A DNA stretch of 64,000 bases, taken from positions 127,720,001 to 127,784,000 of the forward strand of contig OX597815.1 in assembly GCA_951406725.2 (NCBI GenBank), read 5' to 3'. The notes under the pieces were generated by a model. That model did not search any database, was not told the DNA's origin, and saw only the letters and a list, made by a program, of their open reading frames with translations. Below are positions 39,661-51,014 of the stretch, piece by piece. The translations under genes were made by a program, and so were the position numbers. Numbering within the stretch: position 1 is the first letter of the stretch; the number at the start of each line of letters is the position of its first letter. Source of the DNA: Octopus vulgaris. Taxonomy: Eukaryota.

Positions 39661-40869
39661 TAACAAGTTTCACCAGTAACTTCATTCTCTCCCCTCTCAT
39701 GTTTTTGCATTCATATGAACTCCCTACTCATGCACCCTTAACAATGCTCTACCATGCAATTTATATTCTCGTCTCTGTACCTTGAGAGTATGCCCTGGTA
39801 CACTGCCACCATCTCTCTCACTCTCGTTCTGTTCCACTCTCACTTTCTTTCATTTTTTATCGCACACTCCCTCTCTCTCTCTCTCTCTCACACTATCTCC
39901 TTCCAACTGCAGCAACCATGTATCTCCTCTATAGCAAGACACCTGCTTCTTTCCTTCTGCATACTCTAATCTTTCATCATCTGGCACAAATCCGCCTTCT
40001 CCAGTATTTCTCAGTCTCAAAGGATCTTTGTCTTACAAGTTACTTGGTGACCTCGCTGGTACTGGTGCCACATAAAAAGCATCCACTACACCCTGTAAAG
40101 TTGTTGGCATTAGAATGGGTATCCAACCATAAAAACTAAGCCAAAAGAGACCTTGCCAGTGCTGGTGCCACATGAAAAGCATCTACTACATTCTGTGAAA
40201 TGGTTGGAATTAGGAATGGCATCCAGCTGTAAAAAAAAACACATTCCAAAATAGACAGTAGAACTTGGTGATCTGTCAAACTGGAAATCATGCCAAATCA
40301 GACTGGAGTCTGGTGCAGCCCCTCAGATTACTAGCCCTAGTCAAACCATCCAACCCATGAACAACAGATGTTAAATGATGATGATGATAAACAAATATTC
40401 ACTATTTGAAGAGAAGTACTGTCACGCAAACAGCATACACACGGCATAGAGATTAATTAGCATAACTACAATACTGCCATTTATTAGATAATGATAGTTA
40501 TAAAATATAAATAATTGAACGAGAACAGTATGGTAAAATAAGTAGATAGAAATGTACATTGTTCGCTTTCCAGACATTTCTACATTACTGCATGTACTTT
40601 ATATGCACTTTCTGACAAGTTGTGGTGCACCTGAGCACTGTATACAATAATTTAATTATTTTTTAAACAGTAATTTGTTTTCTCTATAGTAAAACATGGA
40701 CATTAGTATTTTAAACTGATAGGACATGGTAAATGAAACATTAATTTTATTAAATTTGATTCTAACTAGTTGTCAATCAACATAAGTGAAAAATATTTAG
40801 AAGTATTTGCTGGTTTACATTGATTTCTTACATAGGTACATGGTTATAAGATTTTGAAGAAGATATAGA

Positions 40870-41230
40870 TCATTAGATTCACCCCAGTACTTGTTTAGTG
40901 CCTATTTTTTCAACTCTGGAAGGATGAAATGCAAAGTAGTTGACTCTGGCAGGATTTGAACTCAAAAACTACAAGGTTGTAACCAAATACAGCAAAGCAC
41001 CGTGTCCAATGCTTAACTGATTCTCTTTATCTATTGACTGTTTGTTCATTAATATTAATATCTAGATGCTTCCGTTTTTATGTTCTGAGTTCAAATTCCA
41101 CCAAAGTTGACTTTGTTTTTCATCCTTTCAGGGTTGATAAAATAAGTACCAGTTGAGCACTGGGGATGATGAAATCAACTTAGCCCCTTCCTTGAAATTG
41201 CAGGCCTTGTGCCAAAATTCAAAACCAATA
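40870..41230. mobile_element. Oppositely oriented pair of family A SINEs (minus about 40870-41000, plus about 41070-41230)
   Basis: aggatgaaatgcaaagt...atttgaactc versus gttctgagttcaaattcc...tttcatcctttc...ggccttgtgcc. Confidence 0.7.
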
Positions 41231-41321
41231 TTAATATCTAGATGGATAAAATCAAACAAAAAGTTAATTTATTATTTCTGTCTGTGAAAAACATTAACAA
41301 GTGGTAAATAAATGAAAATAC

Positions 41322-41443
41322 CTTTATTTCAACAGTACAGACACCATCCAGTTTATTAATTACAGTATTTTCTCGGTCAAGATTATCAGATTTAATTCTA
41401 ACTTCACCACTGTCATTGGAAATAGAGAAGGATGAACAAGAAT
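41322..41443 (-). CDS. Cadherin exon 4 (D-SCSSFSISNDSGEVRIKSDNLDREN...GVCTVEIK)
   Basis: Acceptor tttttcag, donor gtattt, 122 nt, phase 1/0; LDRE motif. Confidence 0.93.
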
Positions 41444-42199
41444 CTGAAAAATAAAGCAAATGTTTGAAAGAAAAGTATTCTTTTCTTTTTCTTTATTTCA
41501 ATTATTTTAATTAATGCTTCAGACAGAATTCAGTTAAAAATTACCTATATCCCATTCAATTTAACATGTCCTTATTAATATTTCTCATATGCAAAATTTA
41601 GCAGTAATGCTAAGGCAAAAAAATTAATAAAGACAGGATTATATTGCAGACATTTGTAGTAACAGTGCTGCTTTGTGTAATCAGTGGCTTGTTTGGATCA
41701 AGCCATAATTTTGTGATGCAATGGCCAAGAGAGATGCGCTCAGCCATTCATTAGAGATATACCTAAATTCAGGGATGTGTGCAACTATTTATCCCATGTG
41801 ACTTCTTTTCATATTATTTCTGATAGTGTGACAAATTAAACTCAAATCGACCAAAGATAAAACTCTAGTTCACAAAGCCAACTATGAATTGACTAAATCA
41901 TACGAAGAGGTACCCAAAAGAAATCTGAATTTTGCAATATAATTATATTTACATTGTTTTATATGTTTACACTTTTATTTCCTACAAAGCATTCTCCATT
42001 TAAAGCAATGCATTGGTCCAGGCACATTTTTCACTATTTGAACCAGTGCTGGAACTCTTGCAAGGTGATGCCTTTTCACACATCTATTGTTTTTTCTTCA
42101 CCTCTTCCACATATGCAAATTCCATAGCACCAGCTTTCATCACCAGTTATAATTTTTCAAAAAAGGTCCCAATCAACTTCCAACTTTTCTTTCGGGACA

Positions 42200-42900
42200 A
42201 CCTAGATAGATAGATACTTATAGAAAATAGCATACTATGAGCGAAAGAGCTACCTAAAGAATAACATAAGGCAAAATGAGAAAGAAAAATCCATCAACAG
42301 AACACAATACCATTTCTAGTAACACACAATCTGCATCACCGAAACATTTTCAACAGCATCAAAACAAATTTGCCAATCATGAAACAAAGAGAAAAATGCA
42401 AAAACATAATAACTAATCAAACACTTATCTTAAGCAAAAGGCAACCACATAATCTAAAGAAACAATTAACAAAGGCAAAATTCAACATGAACAAACAGGA
42501 TAAAACATTCAAAGAATCCAAGAGTAATGATAACAGATGTGGAATGTGTTAATAAATGCAGACTGGTAAATCCATTTGAACAAAAAATGGACAGATTTTC
42601 ACAAATGCAGATATGAACTGCAAAAGCAGAAATTTGATCTAGTGCATTAAATAGCAAGGAACTATATATTGGTGAGACAGAGAATGCATTATCAGAATGT
42701 TCACAAGTCTACAGGCAACAAATCCATAACACTAATGTTCACCAAATTCCAGCGAACATATAAAAATATATGGTCAGAAAATGCTTCTAATTTTTTTTCT
42801 TTCCACAAACTACACAACAGAAGTGAGATTGGAAGAAAGATAAAAGGTAAAACATTTTACTAAAATGTTCAAACCTGTTCTGAACAGAAATAACAACAAT
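42200..42900 (+). mobile_element. Decayed Penelope-like element, GIY-YIG region
   Basis: SKRQPHNLKKQLTKAKF, RCGMC, NCK..NLI and tatattggtgagaca (YIGET). Confidence 0.65.
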
Positions 42901-43364
42901 AATATAACAACCAGTTAGTGATGTGGATTAAAAAATAACTTTAACATATGAATATAAACAAATTACAGAAGACTCCCACCAACTTATATAAAAACAATCA
43001 AAATCAGCTAAGTTTGCTCACTTGTGAAGCCATTACATGTAAACCACAAGCTAATTGGTAAAAATAAAAGTGGGATCTATGCTAGTAATATCGGTGTGTC
43101 TGGCATACCATGACATTTAAGTGGCATGCTGATTGGTCAAAACCATATTCCAAAAATTCAGCTTGTTGGAGCCTTCTAGAAGGTATAAAAAGTAAGAAGC
43201 CAGTCATTTTACTACAATTGTCAAGCACTCAACTCAACTGTCATTTTTTAATGCTTAACACATTTCAACATTGTAAAAAGAACTTTTTAAAAATACAATA
43301 ATAAAAAACATGAAAACTAGACCATGTTGTAACTTTATTAAATTGATATATATATATATATATA

Positions 43365-43965
43365 TAAGTAATGAGGGAGATAAATTAATATTAATTTTAA
43401 TATCAATTTAAAACCAGTAGTCCAGCATTCAAAAAATTTGAGAAGTCAGAGAAAATTCTAATATATGTGTATATAGGCAGGGCTGGCCTACTAGGTAGCC
43501 GGCCGAATGCTAGAAAAAGATCATCAACGATCAAACTACAAGGGAAATTCTCTAGAGGAAGAATTCAGCGAACACCAGAACCAAATTTGGCGGGCAGGAC
43601 ATATGAAAATTTAAATAAAAAACAGACTTAAATGCATACCTCGGTTTCGGTCTTTAACAAAAGAATTACTTACATAATTCAAATGTCCGTGACTTCATCA
43701 GTACATTCGGTCATCGAGATGCAAAAAGCAAAACTAACCCCAGCTCTCTGTGTCAAGACAGACACGTGCATAGTTTTGCCGTTTACATCGGGGATAAAAT
43801 TTCAAATGTCTTGGCTCTGGCGCGCTAAGAAATTCCTGAAGCGAAGGACTGCAGTGAATAATTCACTGCGGTTGAGAATTTCCCTTGTAGTTTGATCGTT
43901 GATGATCTCTTTCTAGCATTCGGCCGGCTACCTAGCAAGCCAGCCCTGCCTATATATACATATAT
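43365..43965 (-). mobile_element. Non-coding inverted-repeat element with hammerhead motif, inserted in (TA)n
   Basis: About 90-bp inverted repeat (43461-43552 and 43874-43965) around a unique core containing CTGATGA...GAAA on the minus strand. Confidence 0.75.
43631..43707 (-). ncRNA. Type I hammerhead ribozyme motif
   Basis: aatgta-CTGATGA-agtc[loop]gacc-GAAACcgagGTA-tgcatt: 6-bp stem I, intact core, GUA site, A-C mismatch at the base of stem II. Confidence 0.72.
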
Positions 43966-43989
43966 ATATATATATGTATATATATATAA

Positions 43990-44232
43990 TCATCATTAAC
44001 ATCATCGTTTAACGTCCGCTTTCCATGCTAGCAGGAATTGGATGATTTGACTGAAGACTGGCGAACCACATGGCTGCACCAGGCTCCAATCATGATCTGG
44101 CAGAGTTTCTACAGCTGGATGCCCTTCCTAACGCCAACCACTCCAAGAGTGTAGTGGGTGCTTTTACGTGCCACTGGCACGAGGGCCAGTCGGGCGGTAC
44201 GAGCAATGGCCACGCTCAAATGGTGTTTTTTA
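43990..44232 (-). mobile_element. RTE (family R) 3' UTR end
   Basis: Reverse complement of the terminal block (ctacagctggatgcccttcctaacgccaaccactcc). Confidence 0.8.
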
Positions 44233-44507
44233 TGTGCGTCTATATATATATATACATACATATATATGTTTTGCAAACAACATGCACATGCAAGTGCTAC
44301 CAGTTGAGAACTCTGCATACCAGAAGGCAGCAAGTGTATGGGGTCATCAAGAGAGAATGCATGCCATTTTGGGGCCTACCTTTCGACAGCGTCAATGTGC
44401 ACAGGCCCCACTCACTAATATGAGGCCCTGCTTGCTAGACCAACTGATTATCAAATAAAGCTCAATATTCTTCTGGCAATCGCTCATCATCTCTTTAAAT
44501 ATATATA

Positions 44508-44539
<32 letters not shown>

Positions 44540-44665
44540 CTGGTATGCATGTAGGGTCATGGATACATATATGTACATATATACTAAATACTTTGAATAA
44601 ATCAAGCACAGTATTGCATTTTTGTTTTATTTCAAGATTTAGAGAATAAATCTTAGAAATTATAC

Positions 44666-44744
44666 CTTTAATAATTTTATAACGAATATCATTCGGTATG
44701 CCTCTGTCTTGATCTTCAGCTGTCACTGTAGTGATGAGAGTTCC
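44666..44744 (-). CDS. Cadherin exon 3 (GTLITTVTAEDQDRGIPNDIRYKIIK-D)
   Basis: Acceptor tttcacag, donor gtataa, 79 nt, phase 0/1; AxDxDxG motif. Confidence 0.93.
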
Positions 44745-45409
44745 CTGTGAAATAAAAATAACTGAAGTGATTAAAGAACAAAAACAATTTCAAAATGTAT
44801 TAAAAGGTTATAATAATGGTTTCCTCTGAGTTTTTGTGAAAATGTAAAATGTTACAAACAAAAAAATCAAAGCTTGTTAAACTGATGCCTTTCCTAAAAC
44901 CAAGGCAATAGATAAGCAAAACAGAGATACTCAACCCTGTCATTTGGTCTGCAAGAAAGAGCAACCAAATCACCTTCAAGTTTCATACTAACATCTTACA
45001 AAAAAATATGGAAGGACACATTAGATAAACTAGTCCAAGTTATACTACTTCTGAAGTTATGATGGAATGGCCATGGCTTTACTCATTGGTCTGTTGAACT
45101 GGGGATGACTGGAGGCTAAACCAAAAAAGCATCATTAGCAAAATATATGGGTTTCTTTTCAATAGAAATAAAGATCCTAGGCTTTAAAAAGAGGGAAGAA
45201 AAGGATATTTTCATTGATGTAAGTTTCATTCAAATCAATGGCAATGTGCTTGTGTTTTCCTCTGCAAGTGCATAGAGAGAGAACATTTTGAAATATTCCT
45301 GTGCTATGGGAAAATGAGTGACTATTTTATTTATCATAGCCTTTTCCAACTTTATGTAATGGGTTGGGGTCTTGGGCAATGAACATGTGTGAGGGACAGG
45401 GGACAAGAA

Positions 45410-46578
45410 AGAAGTACATTATTTACATTGGATGGATGTGTCCTCATCTTGTTTGTTGTTACCACAATGTTTCGGCTGATTTACTCTCCTGCCTTCATCA
45501 GGTGTCCTGGTGGTATTTTGAACCCAACCCTGGAATTTTTTGCTGGTGTTATTATTATTTATTCAAGGCACTGCTTGGAATTGAACTTGGAATATTGGGG
45601 TTAGTCTTAACCATTTCACTATATGGGCTTATAAATCTAATATTTTCCTATCCTTCCTTAATACTGGTACCCATATTCTACTCGTATCTGCACTAAGTCT
45701 GCTTAGGAGGTTATTGTGTCCTAGTATATATGCTGCTTCTTTTAGTTTTCATATTTTCCAGTGGTGTTCTCTGTCTATTATTTTAACTTCATCCCACAGG
45801 TGAAGGTGGTCTCCGTTTCTCCATACATGATCATATCTGCACTAGGTCTGCTTAGGAGGTTATTGTGTCCTAGCATATGTGCTGCTTCTTTTATTTTTCA
45901 ATATCTCCTCATGTCACAGCTTTAAAATGTTCCTCTACTCTTATTTTGAGTGGGCGATATGTTTTGCCTTTGTATAACCTACCACAACTGCATGGGATGG
46001 AGTACACACAATCTTTGGTCATATTCTCTTCTATTGGTGGTTTACTTGAAAGAGATATTTGCTAAGTGTTTTGTTATACTTTTGAATACTGTCCTGATGT
46101 CATATGAACCGCATATCTTTTGTATCTTTTCTGAGAGGTCTTTCACACAGGGGAGACAGACTGTGGTCAGTTTATAGGTTTCATCCTCTCTCCTCTTCCT
46201 AAAACAAGCAGCACATATGCTATGACACAATAATCTCCTAAGCAAACCTAGTGCAGATATGAGTAGAATATGGATACTGGTATTAAGGAAGGATAGGAAA
46301 ATATCAAGTTTATAAGCCCTAAAATTTACTCTGTAATTGCCCACGGGCATATAGCAAAATAGTTAAGGGCATGGGCTACTAACTCCAAGATTCCAAGTTC
46401 AATTCCAGGCAGTGCCTTGAATAAATAATAATAACACCAGCAAAAAATACCAGGGTTGGGTTCAAAATTCCACCAGGACAACAGACAAAATTACACCAGG
46501 CTGGAGAGTAAATCAGCCAAAACATTGTGATAACAACAAACAAGATGAAGACACATCCATCCAATAATGTAGATAATG
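45410..46578 (-). mobile_element. Truncated Penelope-like element with inverted pseudo-LTRs and a GIY-YIG fragment
   Basis: Inverted repeat of about 45410-45745 and 46200-46578; minus-strand LPCVKDLSEKIQKIC...CVYSIPCSCGRLYKG...PLKIRVEEH; decayed hammerhead at 45461-45506. Confidence 0.85.
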
Positions 46579-47071
46579 AACAGAATACCTCATCTTTAAA
46601 ATATAGAACAGAAAGAAGTCACAAAGATAGAGAAATCCAGAATCATTGAAGGCAAGAGAGGTGTGAATGGGCCATGCAGGTAGGTCAGAGAGTGATGAAG
46701 ATAAGGGCATTTGAGAGGCATAGAAACTGTGGTGAAGTCAGTGAGGGAAAAGTAAAGAAAACACAGTATCCAATCAAAAAATAAATTATTTTAAAACATC
46801 AAAAAATAAACTATTTTAAAACATCAAAAAATATTAGATTATCGGTATTCAAAGTAGCCACTCTCAACTTCTACCAATGCCTCAAGAAGGCTCTGGAATT
46901 TGGTGCATGCATTCCTCACAATGGCCCCATGCAAAGCATCTTTGTATGTAGCTTGTACACTTAGTTTCCTTCGTGATCAGCAAATTATTTTACAGTAGCC
47001 AAAGTCTGACCAAAGCCTTATGAGTGGATTTGGTAGATAGAAGCTGAAAAAAGACCATTATACATACATAC

Positions 47072-47816
47072 ATATTAATTATAATGAAGGGTTAATTGCA
47101 ACAAGTTGCTCAAAACCACATACCAAAAATATTAGAAATAGCAGCCAAATAGGTCACTATTTCTACTACTAGTAAAAAAGTCTCCACAAACAAACTGAAT
47201 TTGTAACCCGTATATGGTAAAGAGAAAGAAGACAACGAAATCCCAGCCTATTGGATTAATTATGGACGAATTCGTTTCTGGATTAGAATCGAAAGTTCAT
47301 TTCCTTGTCAACATAATATTTCCTATAAATCTAGAAATGCTAGAAAAAAAACTCACCCATTACATCAACTCGAACAGGCGACATCGAACGATATAACAGT
47401 CCGCTAGCATCTCCACATTTATATAGACAGGCGAATTCGTATCTCCCTTCAAAATTACCACGTGAGTTACAAAAACTTTACCAACGAAATGAAGTTTCGC
47501 AGATTCATTGTATGGGAGTAATAGTATTCAATACACATAAAGGGTGAAATATAATTAATTTAATAACCATATACGGGTTACAAATTCTGTTTGTTTGTGG
47601 AGACTTTTTTACTAGTAGTAGAAATAGTGACCTATTTGGCTACTATTTCTAATATTTTCAGTATGTGGTTTTGAGCAACTTGTTGCAATTAACCCTTTAT
47701 TATAATTAATATAATCCTTACCAAATATGGTCATTTCCATACCGAAAAAACTACTAGGTGAAATTTATTAATTTTATTAAATTAATTATATTTCACCCTT
47801 TATGTGTATTGAATAC
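47072..47816 (-). mobile_element. Non-coding element with two interlocked inverted repeats and a hammerhead motif
   Basis: A 47072-47218 pairs with A' 47566-47712, and B 47524-47566 pairs with B' 47774-47816; flanked by (tac a)n-type and (ta)n tracts. Confidence 0.8.
47259..47317 (-). ncRNA. Type I hammerhead ribozyme motif, U3-A8 variant
   Basis: attatg-TTGACAA-gga[19 nt]tcc-a-GAAACgaattcGTC-cataat: perfect 6-bp stem I, palindromic stem III, GUC site. Confidence 0.72.
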
Positions 47817-47820
47817 ATAC

Positions 47821-47868
<48 letters not shown>

Positions 47869-48269
47869 CGTATCTTCATGTGTGTGTATGTGTGTACCCT
47901 TGTCCTGACATCACATGAAGATTGTAAATGATCAACACCATCATACAAGCCATGTAGTTGTTTCCAATCTTCAACAGAAATACATGTCTGGCCACAGGGA
48001 ATATCACCTCACTTGGAAACAGGTGAAGGTTGGTATCAGGAAGAGTATCTGGCTGTAAAAAAAAATCTACCTCCATAAATTTCATCCAACTAATGCAAGC
48101 ATGGAAATGTGAAGATCAAATGATGGTGTGGGCATGTATACATAATATACAAACATGCAGACATACATACAGAACAATTAAATATGCATATATAATTTTT
48201 AAACATTTTTTGTGATTATTTTTCACCAAAACTAACAATAAAAACTGAACTGGAAATGTAATGTATTAC

Positions 48270-48386
48270 ATTGCTTGAATTTTCCTTGATTTTTTCAACA
48301 AAGCCGGAACTTGTAAATGCTGGTGGCATATCTTGAACATCCTCAACTTGGATCCATACAGAAGCATTTGCTGTAAAGTTTCCATC
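48270..48386 (-). CDS. Cadherin exon 2 (DGNFTANASVWIQVEDVQDMPPAFTSSGFVEKIKENSSN)
   Basis: Acceptor aatttcag, donor gtaata, 117 nt, phase 0/0; DVQDxPPxF linker typical of Cad87A/CDH23/CDHR-type cadherins. Confidence 0.92.
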
Positions 48387-48619
48387 CTGAAATTAAGTTT
48401 AAAATTATTTCATTCTATCTTCAATTCATTGTAGAATATAATTTATGTACACGCTATTACATTTCTATTTCCCTAACATTCCTTTTAGTACGTTGCACAT
48501 CCCAGGTGAGGAAACAAAGGAAACTAAAATGAATGGTGATATGATAAGCTGTGCAATAGGCCAGTATGGAACAATGGATACTAAAAAAATAATGTGTATA
48601 AGTTGATTTAAATATATAT

Positions 48620-49815
48620 ATCATCATCATCATTTAATGTCCATTGTCCATGCTGTAATAGGTTGGAAGGCTACACCAGACTCCAGTCTGATTTGGCATG
48701 GTTTTCTACAGCCAGATGCCCTTCCTAACACCAACCACTCTGAGTGTAATGGGTGCTTTTACATACCACCAGCACAGGTCATTTGCATGATGCTGGGGTG
48801 CATTTACGTGCCAATATGTTTGACACAACAACAATTTTGCCTGGCTTGACGGGTCTTCTCAAGCATTACATAATGCCAAAGGTCTTGATCATTGCCTTCA
48901 TGAGGCCCAACACTCAAAAGGAACTTGGCTACTTTGCCACCATGCAGCCCAACACTTGAAAGGAACTCAGTCACTTTGCCTCTGTGAGGCCCAATGTTCA
49001 AAAGATGTCCTTTACATACCACCAGCATGGATGCACTTGGTTTGACAGGTTCTCTCAAGCACAGCACATTACCAAAGGTCTCTGTCACCAGACATTGCCT
49101 CTGTGAGGCTCAAAGTTCAAAGATCATGCTTCACCATCTCATCCCATGTCTTCCTGGGTCTACCTATACCACAGGTTTCTTCCACAATTAGAGACCAGCA
49201 CGTCTTTGCTCAGCTGTCCTCGTCCATAGGTATCACATGACCATACCAGCACAGTCATCTCTCTTGCACACCACATCTGATTCCTCTTGTGCCTAACTTT
49301 TCTCTCAAAATGCGTACACTCTGTTGAACATGCACACTGATGTTGCACACCCAGTGAAGCATAGTGGCTTCATTTCTTTCAAGTCTATGCATGTAATCGG
49401 CTGTCATAGCCTATGTTTCACTGCCATGCAGCATAGCTGTTTGCACACAGTCATCAAACAATCTGCCTTTCAATCTGAGAGAGAGGCCCTTTGTTGTCAG
49501 CAGGAGTAGGAGCTCTCTAAACATTGCCCAGCCTAATCTTATTCTCACAGCTATGTTTTCAGAACATCCACCTCCACTACTAACTTGGTCACTTAGATAA
49601 CAGAAGCTATCTACTATCTCTAGCTTGCCCCCTGGCAGTCTATTTTCTGCACATTTGCAGCATTTATTGTAACTGTGCACCTTCCACACACAAAAGTTAG
49701 TTTCCCTGTTAACCTTCCTCTGGTGTTGCTGCACCTTTTGTGTCCAAACCTTACACTGGGTACATCTTATGAAGTTTCTACCTACACCTTTTCTACAGAC
49801 TGAGCAGGGTCACCT
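48620..49815 (-). mobile_element. RTE (family R) 3' fragment
   Basis: HKRC PHD remnant, KLEIVDSFCYLSD, KGRLFDDCVQTAMLHGSET, 3' UTR and tail. Confidence 0.85.
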
Positions 49816-49831
49816 AGTTACTTACTATGAC

Positions 49832-49908
<77 letters not shown>

Positions 49909-49909
49909 T

Positions 49910-50340
49910 GTGGTTGATGCCAGCCCCCTCTGGCCCCTGTGCCGATAGCACGTAAAAAACACCCACTACACTCTTGAAGCAGCTGGCATTAGGAAGGGCA
50001 TCCAGCTGTAGAAACATTGCCAGATCAGACTGGAGTCTGGTGCAGTCTCCTGGCTTTCCAGACCCCAGTCGAACCATCCAACCCATGCCAGCATGGAAAA
50101 CGGACATTAAACGATCATGATGATGCTGATGATTATACAGTGGTTGGACAAAATAATGGAAATACCTTAAAATTTCAAACAAATTTATTTTAATATGGGG
50201 TAGGACCACCTTTGGCAGTAATAACAGCTTGAATTCTGGACTCTTACAAAGTTTGAATTGTTTCCAAAGGAATTTTTGTCCATACTTCAAATAAACCAGT
50301 CTCCAGTTCTTGTTGGCTTGGCTGTGGAATAGTATTATTG

Positions 50341-50381
<41 letters not shown>

Positions 50382-50571
50382 TGCAGGTGGCACGTAAAAA
50401 GCACCCACTACACTCACGGAGTGGTTGGCGTTAGGAAGGGCATCCAGCTGTAGAAACATTGCCAGATAAGACTGGAGCCTGGTGCAGCCTTCTGGCTTCC
50501 CAGATCCCCGGTTGAACCGTCCAACCCATGCTAGCATGGAGAACGGACGTTAAACGATGATGATGATGATG

Positions 50572-50572
<1 letters not shown>
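49910..50572 (+). mobile_element. Two RTE 3' UTR ends (49910-50132, 50380-50572) around a minus-strand Tc1 DD36E-family 3' end (50138-50311)
   Basis: Terminal blocks with (gat)n; ta-cagtggttggacaaaataatggaaa is the TIR, and the following bases are the reverse complement of about 33930-34110. Confidence 0.8.
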
Positions 50573-50639
<67 letters not shown>

Positions 50640-50656
50640 GTGTGTGCATGTGTGTG

Positions 50657-50697
<41 letters not shown>

Positions 50698-50786
50698 ATG
50701 TTTGTGTGTATGTATATATATATATATATACATTTATATATATATATGTGTGTGTGTGTATGTATATATATACATATAAACATATA

Positions 50787-50820
<34 letters not shown>

Positions 50821-50850
50821 CATACATAGACATACATATACATACACACT
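50573..50850. repeat. Compound (TA)n/(TG)n microsatellite
   Basis: Read directly; source of the YI/HT/CV pseudo-ORFs. Confidence 0.95.
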
Positions 50851-51014
50851 TTATAAAGTTACTGGTGTTAAGGAAAGTATCCAGCCATAGAAACCATAGT
50901 CCCATGGCTTGTCCAATCCTGTCAAACTATTCAAACCATGTTGGCATAAAAACTGGATGTTAAATGATGATGATGATAATGATGATTATATCCAAGAACA
51001 TACATGCATACACC

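Noticed and set aside
46345-46417. Functional tRNA gene
   Set aside because: The anticodon and T arms pair poorly and it lies in a repeated TE terminus; treated as tRNA-derived.
50346-50963. ORFs rich in YI, HT or CV repeats, and poly-His ORFs (also 699-965, 14276-14735, 26818-27209)
   Set aside because: They are translations of microsatellites.
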